Assembly: GCA_964276515.1 (NCBI GenBank)
Contig: OZ193909.1
Coordinates: 558,001 to 622,000 of the forward strand
Reading direction: 5' to 3'
DNA: 64,000 nt
Source of the DNA: Gordius albopunctatus
Taxonomy: Eukaryota
A model generated the notes under the pieces. That model saw nothing but the letters and a program-made list of their open reading frames with translations, had not been told where the DNA came from and did no database searches. The first letter of the stretch is position 1; each line of letters opens with the position of its first letter. This document shows positions 1 through 11,900 of the stretch, piece by piece. A program made the position numbers and the translations under genes.

Positions 1-124
1 TTAAATGACATTATAAAATAAGCTGTTTAATATCTAATCTTGTAATATATTCGATATAAAAATCTAAAATAAAATTTAAATAAAATTTTAAAAAGTTGTA
101 AATAATTTATTTAGAAGATTTTAC

Positions 125-1883
125 CGTCGAATTGAAGTGAGAGATTAGCATTGCTTTCTCCATACATATTTTTGACTTGGCATTTATAGGTACCCGCATC
201 TTGATGATTTGGATTCTATAAAAATGTGACAAAATATATTATGATTTAGCAATTGATGGACTCGCTTTTTGTTGTCCGTCCTGTTATGTCTTGTCCAACT
301 TTTAATTTTGTCAATTAATGGCTTTAGACTTGTGATTCCGTAAAAGACTTTTACTTTGCATCCTAGATGCCCACCGCTTATCTTGATTTGAATAAAATTT
401 TGGTATATTTTTAAAGATTGAATGCACTCAAAAAAATGTTTGTTAAAAACCCGAGGCAGCATTTCTTAAAATGCCTCCAAAACATATGAATTGCTAAGGA
501 AACGTCGGGGCATTTGACAAGGCAAATAGATATGAATGTTGGATAATATTAATTATATCTATAAAGTATAATACTCATTAATTGCTATGCAATGTATGGG
601 CCCGCTTTGAGTTGTCCCTCTGTCCGTTCTGTCCAACTTGTAATAATATAAAATATAACTTTTTGCTTTTTCTAAAAACTCTTTTCACCCCCCAAAAAAA
701 AATTTAAGAATTCCGGGCGGGTTAAAAATCGATTCAGAAAGGATAAGTGCCAAATGGGTTGGCCCCATAGCCTAATAAAAGCATAGGGTGACAAACAGCT
801 GATTTTTGCATTATTCGCATTGGAGCAGTTAAAGGTGCAAAAGTTAAGGAGGGAAGAATACTGTGAACATTAGAGGATCATCTTTTCATAACTAACTTTA
901 CCATTTAATATCAAATACTGTCTTAAAAACAGCTCGGTTTTACTACTAAGACTGACGCTCAACTCTGGTCTCTTTTTCAAATTTTAGCTAATCCTAGAGG
1001 TCGATTAAGAAAATCGGACCAAAAATGTTTCAAACAGAACCCAGCTCTAATACTAATACTAACTTACCGACAAAATCAATAAATATTCGTAGGTGTCGTT
1101 GGGTGATTTAATATTTTTCATCGTGGCGCGAGGGAATTGTGCTCGAGTTATCAACTTAGATCCCATGTACCATTCAACTTCGCATTCGGGGATCGCTTTT
1201 ATCTTGCAGGAAAAAGTGATTTTTGAACCGTCTTCTGCCGATATTATCTGCGGTTTCCCAAGGAAATTCGGGGCCAATCCGTTAGAAGGTTTACTTTCAT
1301 ATGCTCCTTTGTCTAAAATATCGAGTGAAAAAACAATAATAAAATATGATAAAATTTAAGCTTTTTTATATAGAGTTTAGAAAACAGTCGATTACTTTTC
1401 AAATTTATAGCGATTTGAGCTTCGCTTTCGCCCATCGAATTTTTAGCCGTGCATTTGTATGATCCTGAATCCGTATCTGTTGGATCCTATGATATAATAT
1501 TTGTTTAAAATATTTTTCAAAATGTTAAATTATTACAACTTTTAACAAAATTCAATTAATTTTCGATAAAAACCTAAAAAATTCACTAATTTTTAAAGAT
1601 AAAATTATACCTTGATTGTTAGGGTTAATTCCATCACGTTGTCGGGTAAAGAATTATTTTGTATGCTGAAATGACTAGAGCTAGAAATGGACTTTCCATT
1701 TTGTGTCCAGCTTATTTCAGGGGCCGGATGGGCTCGGACTTTACATTCCAGCCGCAAAGCATTTATATCTTTAAGCGTAACTATTTTGGGTTTTTCAAAA
1801 AAATTGGGCGAAATATTATTTCCGTTTGTAGTTTTATGTTTCGCTGAGGACGAACCCAAAGGTCCGGCTTGACTTCTGCGCAT
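125..1883 (-). CDS. 5' part of an Ig I-set repeat muscle protein (twitchin/UNC-22/projectin N-terminus or DIM-1-like); continues off the left edge
   Basis: Exons 1883-1611, 1486-1396, 1312-1068, 215-125 with GT-AG ends and matching phases give two Ig domains: PNFFEKPKI...LECKVRAHPAPEISW...DSGSYKCTAKNSMGESEAQIAINL and PNFLGKPQI...FSCKIKAIPECEVEW...DAGTYKCQVKNMYGESNANLSLQF. The GESNANxxLxF ending is typical of twitchin/projectin/DIM-1 Ig domains. Confidence 0.85.
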
Positions 1884-4800
1884 TTTAATTGTCAACTACC
1901 GGTCCGGGGAATATACTCATTTAAATTCTTCTCTTTTCTATATTAAAAATATTCGAATTAATAAAAAAAAACTTTATTTTTTAAATGGGAAATGTTATTT
2001 ATTGAAGTAAAAAAATATTTTATGCAAGATTTTCACTATTTTTATTTATATATATGAATTTCAATAGTTAACCTTCACGGTTATTGAATAAAATGAGTCG
2101 TTATTTATATAATGACTAATTCCTAAGCATTCAAAGACAAAAACAAGTAAGATTATAACATCCAATGTGAAATTTGATACTTTCGTAATTTGTGACAAAA
2201 ATCACAAAATTTTGACAAAAATTTGATCGATTATTTCATCTTAAAACATTTAAAAAACAATCTTTCTGGAATAAAATGGGGGATTGGAGGGAGCGAAATT
2301 TGGATTTAAATTTGAAATTAAATAAAATTAAACATAACTGCCATTTAATCGTAATTTTTGGTGGATCGCTTTAATTCTAGCTAGATAGGGTTGCAATACT
2401 AAAATCCTGCATAAATTGTTTGTTAGATTTTCCGAAATTTATCAACGTGTCTCAATCAATTTACAAATAAGTTTTTGTAATAAAATAAAAGATTTAAAAA
2501 TAAATTAATTGTGGTAGACTGATATGTCTAATTATAAAATTGTCAAAATAAAAAATATAAGAATTAATATAATCAACAATTTAAATTTAAAAAAAAATCA
2601 AGAAAATACATACATTGTATGGGAAAATGCTATAAAAAGGGAAAGCCACTTTATTATTATACAATACCACACCAAAACCTAGAGTGAGAAATATTTAGCA
2701 CAGTAAAAATGGTGAGAGTGCCAAGTAGATTTTATAAAACCTTTTCAATTATTTTTATAGCCATAATATTCTGGAAAATAAAATAAAATTGAGGAATTAA
2801 TTTGTAAGTTGAGGCATTCAAAGCTGCATGCACCGACTGTCGATGAGTGTGACAAATGAATGTATCGAGATTCGATGACAATTGGAAAAATAAATTTAAC
2901 GATTATTCTTGGTAAATTGGATTTTCCCTTCTTTAATTACTATCGGAAGTTGAGTCAGTTAACATTTTTACACACCACTATGTATTGTCATTAAACGACA
3001 AAACATCTGGGCTCTTTTCAGATAGTTTCGAATGTAGCAAAGCAAGTTATGTATGGCTTAGAAACCGTCAACATTCTGTCCCTATTCCTACGAAAACCAT
3101 TAGATGCTTCATTTTTCAGCTGTTTCAATAGAATAAGTTCAAATTGATAAAGTGAGTCCTTGCATTGAGATTTGAGGGGGGGGGGCACATTAATTTAAAG
3201 AGGGGCAAAGGTCATGATTCAATTAAATATATTAATGACTAATCCCAATTTTGGCTACGCTTATGGTCGAGGATTTTAAAAAGAATGAAATTCCCTACAA
3301 ATTCTTATAAACAACCATAATCTTCCCCGCATAAACTTCTTTTTTTCCCATCTCTTTTATGAAATTCTATGCTTGCCTAGGCAGCATAAATCAGTATAAA
3401 GGAATCGGAATAATAAAAAGACAGGTGCCCGCCCATCCTCTTATTGATTTAAACTCGGGAATTTATGCAAGTAAATTGATATTGAATATCATAAATTCAA
3501 AACGCATTACAGAACTTTATGGAAAAAATAATAGAGAAGAATTGCTTAGACCTCATTCCCGTGGGATTTCTAGATTATTTCTACCAGCTTTATATGCCAA
3601 TGTCCATGGGCGTAGTCGGGAGGGGGCAGGGAGGGGCGGCTGCCCTCCTCTAAATCCAAAAAATTGTTAAAATTCATTTAAATTATGGGGCTAAAATTTC
3701 AAAAAATGTTAATTTTTCCCCTCCCTAACCCTAAATCATTTTTCCCATGCTAAAGTCCTTAGATTCCTTAAGTTAAGTGCATTCTTAAATACAATGTGTT
3801 CTTTGTTAAAAGAATTATAAAATTTGGTGTAACAATTTTATATTAATTTACAAGGCCCGCTTTAATTTTAACATTAAAATGCGTAATAAAACTAATTAGT
3901 AGTATTGTAAAAGCGGCAGGATTCTGTTTAGTCGATTAGACATAAAGAGATCAAGAAATAATTACGTTAATTTATGGAATTAGAAAATCAGAATTCATTA
4001 AAAAAAAATTTTGGATTGAGTTTTATTAACACGATTGACAAGTTTTAAACAATAAATTCAATAAAATTAAAAATAAAAATTTGTGGCATTAAAAATTTAA
4101 TAAATATTTATCTAAAAAAATTAAATGCAAAAAAATATTTTATATTCGCAATTGCATAGTTTATTTAATGAAAATTTATATGTTTCTAGATTCGCACACA
4201 AGTGACTCCAAAATTTCTTTTTTAAATAACTATTTTTACTATCGGAGGCTATAAGATTTAGGTGTTATGATATATCCCAATGCTAGCTAAGGCCATATTC
4301 AAATCGGAAATCCCAATAGACGTTAAAAGTTTAATTCAAACTTTGAAATTCCTAATAATAAACGCGAATATTACCTTTGTAAGTGATTGTAGTATATATA
4401 TTGTGTAATTGGTAATGATTGATTTAAGAATATAAACCAGAGAGAGCTTTATTGAATTCAGCCAAAATATTTTCCCTAAAAATGCAAGAAGCGTATCTTG
4501 GTGAAACAAAAGATGAGAAGGGGGGAGTAGGTTAAAAATCAGAATCAAGATCAATGAAAATAAAATTAGAGGAGCTAGTAGAAGCAGCACAAGGTTCTGA
4601 TCGTTCTCCTTCTAATGATTTCTTTGATTCTCCTCCGAAATTATTGGTTTCAAAAAAGGTTCCCCCCCCCTTTGTTTAGCTTTTTAAGTTTTAGCTGTGG
4701 GAGCTGTGGATTAATTTTATTCGAAAGAACTGAATCTTTTGAGAAATTAGCTGGGGGCTTGATCATGGGTTGGGAAAAAGCATTTCTAAGCCTAGCTAGT

Positions 4801-7626
4801 AGCTACACACAACAACAAACCGTACAGGAAAAAAAACCTATATTATCATGATTCATTTTAGTTTCAGACGCGCCTGCTGTAACCTCACAGTGTGGGGAAA
4901 TATAAAATAAAGTATTTGGGGCAAAAGTATGAGTTTGGGGTTGGTTGGATCATTTTAAAGCAAAACATTATATTACCACCCCCCCCTTGATCCTGCTCTT
5001 CCTCCTGTGCAACAGATTTATCCATATTATGAATGATTCCGATCATTGGATTTTAGGCAAGTTAGCGAATATACTAATAATAATCTATTATTCAACACAA
5101 CGATGTCTCTCAACGTAACTGCAAAGTATAAAATTGGAGAGTTTTTAATCAATCGATATTACGAAATGTCGAATCAATCAAAATCAATCATGAATTCCCA
5201 ATATTTTATGACACTTTTTTAACTTTTAAATTAATCACTAAACGTAATGACAGTCTTAGATGGTCAAGAATGACCGCTGACTTTATCTTCTACAAAATAA
5301 AGGCCCTAGCTTAACAAAAGAAGCCTAAGAGATATTACAACGGGCATGGATTTAGAGGGGGGGGGGCGTCAATAATGAAATTTTTGAAATCTTCGCAATA
5401 TTTATATTTTTTGGATTTATAGGAGAGGGGTCAATAATGCCCTCCCTGCCAACAACCATGTTGTTACCTTAATCTATACCTAAACAAATAGGAATTATAT
5501 AGTTCATTTGAAAAGATCCAGAGAATATTAATATTTTTTGGGTCGGTTTGATGTTTTAAATGGGCAATATATTTTAGCCAAAAATCTCACTGTTGAATAT
5601 TTAAAAAAAAACTTATCGGGTTAGAGCCTAATATAACGTGGACGTTAGCACTATTCAAAATGGCGATCATAAACACATGATGAGTGCTTATAGAAATCAC
5701 GTTTATAAATTATAAGATTTGGCATTATACCAGTTTAATGAATTAAAAGCAAAATTGCTTATTATTCAATCAATTCTGCAAAAATTTGCTAATACCTCCT
5801 TACCTATTAGACTTTTATTTTTTTAAACCCTTTGTAACTTATTCTAAACACTTGATCTTCCTTGCTTTATGACAAAAAGAACAGGAAAGTTTGAAATTCG
5901 TTTGAACGAACTCTAAATTAAAACACACCAATTTACATGATAAAATTGATAAAAACACAATTTTTGTGTGATAAAGCAATTAGCTTATTTAGCATTTAAA
6001 TTAAACTAATTTTGAGTTGGGGTTATGTAGAAACAGATGAAATGGTTTGGCACGAGCCTGTCTATCATTATTTTTTTGCTACTCTTTCTTTCCAATTTAT
6101 TTCTGCCGGGCTGGCTATCAGAGGTGAGATTTGGTTGCAATTTTCTTCCCCAACCCGACTTATTCAATTTTTATCTTCCTTGCCCCCCCCCCGAACCCTT
6201 CTAAGTGTCCGCCCCCCAATCGTTGACCGAATTGCCCTGCCCCAAATATAAAATTTGCCCGTTAGGCTCCAATTTATTCCATCTCATCAGATTTGTTAAA
6301 GATTTTGTGCCCGAACCCGACCCGGTTCAAATTTTGAACTAAATTGCCCGCCTAAGTCCGCTCGGCCATACCCGAACCATTAAAGCTGCCCCTACTACCC
6401 GGTCCGATTAATAGGTCATAAAATTTTAATAGATGAATTGTTAATGCATTTGGGTTAATAAAAAATATTTCAATTAGTAATACTTTTTTTTTATAAAAAA
6501 ACTTTAATAAATAAATTACCTTGCTGCTATAGAATTCAACGGGGAAAAATTTTGTTGGAAGCTAAAAGAGAATGGTGAGGGAATCGATGATGTATGATTC
6601 AAATAAGTAATAGCGTAGATAAGGGGATAAAAAGGGCGAATTGCGAAATGGGGCAAAAAAAGAATGATAAATGGAAATTAATTATTATTATAAAAATTAG
6701 GAATAAGTGTTAGCGTAAATTAGTGAATAAAAAGGGCGAATTGTAAAATGGGGAAGCTTTGTTAACCCAAATTTTATTTGTTAATTAAATTATTCAGAAA
6801 TAAATTGATACATTGTGTGAAAATGGCCTGACGACTTTGTTTTAAGTCTACACCGCAACATTATAAAAATAATTTGGGAAGAGGTGGCAAAATTATGTGA
6901 ACATTTTAAGCATTCTCGATATAATACAATGTCATGAAAAAGGAATGTTTTTAATTATGCCCAAATTTAAAATTCAAGATATTTCCCCGACCCGTGGGCC
7001 GGGCAACAGGCCGAGATTTCTGGTCTCTGCTGTCTATGTCTGAGATTAACCTACAAATGTTAAAAACCGAGATCGGGCTAAATTATTTTTGTTTGGTAGG
7101 AAAAGATTATTCTAGTTACTTTTAGGTACTAAGGAAATAATCTTGCATGATATATAATGTAAAGTTGTTATAACTTAAAAGACAGTAAACAATTATTACC
7201 TAGAGATTGATAGAATTTGAATCTTGGAATTAAGTTTGAAAACTGCTCTTTAAACTTAACACGGGGATTTGAAAGGTTAGAGCATGTTTTTAGAAATTTT
7301 AGGGTAAAAAACTATTTTCCTAGCATTACTATGTCAGATTAATCTTTCGCTGATGTTATTCTAACCTCTCTAAGACAAACTATCTATAAAAGGCGAGTTT
7401 CCGCTTTAAATCATCGAAAACGCTTAAAAATTAGTCGAAATTAGGCACAAAAATAAATTTATTTCTCTAAATTATCCTAAAATCGAGTTTAGTTGTTCTT
7501 TTTCGCTTTTTCAAACTATTATACTTAGTCCCAAATGTTTTCCAAATTTCTTATTGTCGTGTTCCCACGGGACCGGGGGGACAATAAATAACTCAACCCC
7601 TACCCTAAATGCCCCTGCTGCCTTGG

Positions 7627-8339
7627 TGTTAGGATTCCCTTTAGTATTGGCTTGAGTTAATTATGGATTAAGGAGGGGGGAGCAGGTGTAGTTATGCAGC
7701 AGGGGATTGAGTATTGTATTCTCCTCATAGTGAGGAGAGCGGTCAAGATTAAGCAGTTCAAAAAGATGAGCTTAAAATGTGGCCGGAAAAGGCCTAGTAG
7801 ATAAAGGGAAGTAAATGTAATAAATAAAGGGAACAGGCGGGGGTTAGAAAACCTGGTGGTCATCAATATAAGAATCCCTGTTTCAAGTAAGAATTTTTTA
7901 CACAGTTAATTCCCCGTTGGGAGAATTACCGTATCTTCTCTGACCTTACGAACCCTTGCGAAATTCCCTTCACGTCTAAAATCCATACTATTATTATATA
8001 TATTCTGGCCTCGGATACCCCAAAACTTTTCCCCGTCAATTGTATTACCATATTTCCTTATAACCTATCGAATCGCCACTTTGATTCTATTATTAAATTT
8101 ACTTCTTGTCGATTATCAAATTCTCAATAAATTCTTGGATGTGTATACTGTCAATTGGGTTAACGCCAACTCAACCATAAGCAGACCGGAAATTGAATAC
8201 GAAGGCTTACGGGTAAAGACCGAGAATAACCACTAAAATCACCCGAACCTAACGACAAAAACCCTGACGTTAGGGAAGCTCTAGAGCTAAACAATTAATC
8301 GAGACAACCTTCCTTTCTAAGTCACCACAGGACTTAACA
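7627..8339. mobile_element. Possible solo LTR
   Basis: tgttagga...gacttaaca (TG...CA with short imperfect inverted ends), GC-richer than flanks, internal aataaa; TSD poor (cttgg / cttat). Confidence 0.35.
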
Positions 8340-8920
8340 CTTATTAAATGATCATTTTTATATTTTTAGAGAAAATGTTAAATTTGCCCTATTAACATAC
8401 TAATATTAAATAAGAATAAAATTGTGTGAAGAAAACAACCCATATCATTGTAATTTCTTATAGTACTTAAAAGTGTAGCGGCAACCCAAAACCAAGGCAT
8501 GCTTCAAACTAATGTCTCAAAAAAGATTTAAATGTGCAAAAGGGAGGTCAAACAAGTTTTTTACTGCAATAATTTAGAGTCGATATGTCTATAATTCAAA
8601 AAACCTTAGAAATGCATGCTTGCAAGCACATCTTCTATTCGCCAAGACTTCACCATAATTACGTAAAGAAAAAGATTTTGGATTTACATATAAATATAAC
8701 AATGGCACCCGTACCCAGATGTAAAACGCGCTGGAAAAGTTATAATAATAATAAGAAGAATTAAATACAATAAACGAGAGGTATAAAGAGGGATTCACCA
8801 TTACAGAAATTTATAGACATAATAACAACAACGGGCACCCAAAACATATAATTTTGTGCAAAATTATGGCTAAGAGGCGGCAAGCCATTCTCGTTAGTTG
8901 ACGACGGGACTTAAGGGACT

Positions 8921-11900
8921 TCAATCGTCGTCGGCAAAAGTCATTTGCCCGGGCCCACCCTTTTTCATCCACCTACGATAACTCTTATACTTCCCGCTCT
9001 CCATTAGTTTAGCTTTAGATTCGGCTTCTTTCTCCTTTTTGTACGCCTGGAAACGATTTAAAAAGTGGTCATTACTTATTTTAGGCAAATATTTAGTCAA
9101 AATTGTGGTCTTCAAACCAAGAAGTTTGACAAGTTTCAAAAGAAATCAATTGAGACTTACAAAATAATCGATTGAGGCCCAATAAAAAAGGCTTTGCCCA
9201 CGGGCCGGGCTTAGAATAATTAGAGTCAACGAGGGGTCAAAAAAATTTCCAGATTTTTAAATTTCTAATAAAACAAACAAGTGGACAGGAAATGACACAT
9301 TAGTGACATTCGTGACAAAGAGAGATTTTTGGGTTGGGTCAAAAACTAATTTTAACCGCGATATAAGGGAAAATTTTTTGATTTACATTGCATTTTTCTT
9401 TGATCCAAAGCTCGTCCTGGATAAATTTATCTTTTTCCCACTCGTCGTGCTGATCGAATTGTGCCTGGCTCATGGACAAATTTTTCCGGATCAAATAAAG
9501 TTTTTCTTCGTCACCGTATTCCTATAAAATGCATAAAATACATCGAAATTTATCATGTAAATCAGAATTTTGAAAATAAATAACATGCAAAATCATAGAA
9601 AATATCTAAATTATAATTTATTTCCTGCTCGCTTCACGGCTTCATAGAGTCGATTTGAAAGCAAATTAGTTCGAAGTGCTAAGCACCTTATTTCAATCAA
9701 AAATAATTTAAGAAACAAAGGTAAAGTAAATTATTTTAGTTGAGGGTGAAAGTTTGACTTAAAATTAATACTAGGGTCGGGGGGTTAGGGTTTAAAATGA
9801 TTTACGAGACGGGTTGGGTCTAGCCGAAACCCGATTCATCCGGTCGGTTTCGAGTTGAAAATCTTAAGATGCCTTCGGGTCGAATCGGGTTCGGGTTGAA
9901 AAATCACTTTGCAGGGCTCTAATCTAGCTTATTTGTATTTTTGGAGGTTCAAGTTGGAAAGATTTATAAATATATTAAAATTAGAAGCCGACAAAACGAA
10001 AAACAAACAAGCACAACGTGTAATGAATATTTAAAGTAGTGACGCAAAAAAACTTTGGCCACAAACTTACCTCGCCGCGGTAATTGAAACGGTAGAACCA
10101 TTGGGCATACCATTTGGCGTAGTTGAAGATGTAGTAGGGGGAGATGACTAATTTAATGGCCATCAAATCGGTCCATATCGGTTTAGCGTAGGTCCCCCTA
10201 TGAAAAATAGAAAGTGTAGAAAAAAGTATTCAAAATCCCCTAAAACAATCAAGATTTCGATTTGAAAATTACTGGGAAAATTCACTAAATTATTGACAAA
10301 AAACGTGTACTATATTATTGATCAAGTAACCGTAGTTTATAATTATCGACATTTCATCGAATTAATTTTTTTGACACTGGGAAGTATTAAATGCCGTTAG
10401 ATTCTCAGTGTCCATCTTAAAGGTAGATAAAATTTATTTAAAAGCCGTTTGAGCAAACCCTAAAATCTATATTTCTCAATGGGAGCAATACTCATTTTCA
10501 TTTATAAATTTTTAGCCAAATTTGATCGAAAAGAAACATGTTAAATTTGCATCCAAGCTGCATTGAATAAATGAGTAAAATCATTTCAAAAAGTCAAGTG
10601 GCCAACTAACTTTACGTCCATATGTTCTGCCAAAATCCTTTTCAAAATGGCGTCTTCCTCTTGTTTTTGCTCTTCCTGTCAAAAATTAATATGTAAAATA
10701 GACAAAAATTTAATTTGAGCAAGGGGGCTGGGGGTTTTGCTCGGCCAGCCTTTGCTTTTAATCGACTAATTTGGTCTCCTTTTTCTTGGATGACCAATAG
10801 GGTCGGTCGCAATTCGAAAAAGAGACCAGCAGAGTCGCCCGCTAGTCTTGGTTGACTAGACAAAACCCATGCCTTTTCATGACAATAATGCATCATGGGA
10901 CGTGCCTTGGTTAATTTGTGGAGGCGGTTGTGCTTTTTGTTGGCATTCGCGTTGGAAAGGAGACCTTTACTTTCAGCGATCTCCTTCGCTTTTATCCGAT
11001 ACTTGGGCACCGTGAGGAAGTAGCTCAGGCAATCGTTGTACTTTTGCCACGACGTGAAATACTACGAGCCGACGCGCGAGGAAACAAAATATAAAGATAA
11101 CATTTAATATTTTTTATTTTTTTGTAATAATGACAAAAAAAATTAATTACATTTTCACGACTTATTAAACTAGTGTGGTAAAAGGGGTTGGGTTCTCTTT
11201 CTTTCGTCTTCCTTTACTTCCTCTAATCGACTAAACGTAAAAAGACTAATTTTTTGAGTGACCAAAAAAGGAGCCCCTTTGACAACAACACTAAAAGCTG
11301 TGAAAAAGGGGTAAAACTAAAGCCGGATGATGGCATCGATCCGTGTGTGCATGAAAATGGGGTTGCCTTTAACGACAATTTTCATTGTCATCATCTTTTG
11401 TCCGATACAAAAAGTACGCTGTCAAACGTTAGAGATCGCTTTACCAATTTGTTTCAAGAGAGCGACAGCTTCGATGCCCAAATTTCCCGACTGTTGTTGC
11501 GCCACTGCGGGAATAAGTATTTAGTTTTTATTTCTATTCTCTGCTGACAGGAGTAGGGTGGAAAATGGTTAGTTTCAACTCGACACTAAAACTTATTATT
11601 GATATTTGTTTGTAGGCTCTTCGGAGATCAAAGCAGAGAAAACCGTCGTCAACTAGAAAAATAATATCATCATTTGCTCCCCTATTCCTAGCTGACCACC
11701 CAAGTCAAATATATTTCTCGGTCTCCTGGAAATATTATGCGTCGATTGAATTCAAATAACGAATTAAGACAGCAATTTAGGCCTGCGAGAGATGAAAGGC
11801 TAGGCATCAACAGGTTAAACTAATATCCTCTTTGGATCATATAACATGTGTAGAGTTGTTTCTTAGATATTGTATGGCCTTTTCCATGTCGAATCGTAAA

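Noticed and set aside
184..462. 92-aa minus-strand ORF as a gene
   Set aside because: Lies mostly in an intron of the Ig gene, overlaps the real exon out of frame, and covers gtcc-type repeat sequence.
4263..4889. Second possible solo LTR (tgtt...caca)
   Set aside because: No TSD and weak terminal inverted match; cannot be supported.
10642..11010. 122-aa ORF as an independent protein
   Set aside because: It is a DNAJC25 exon read through into a repeat-containing intron.
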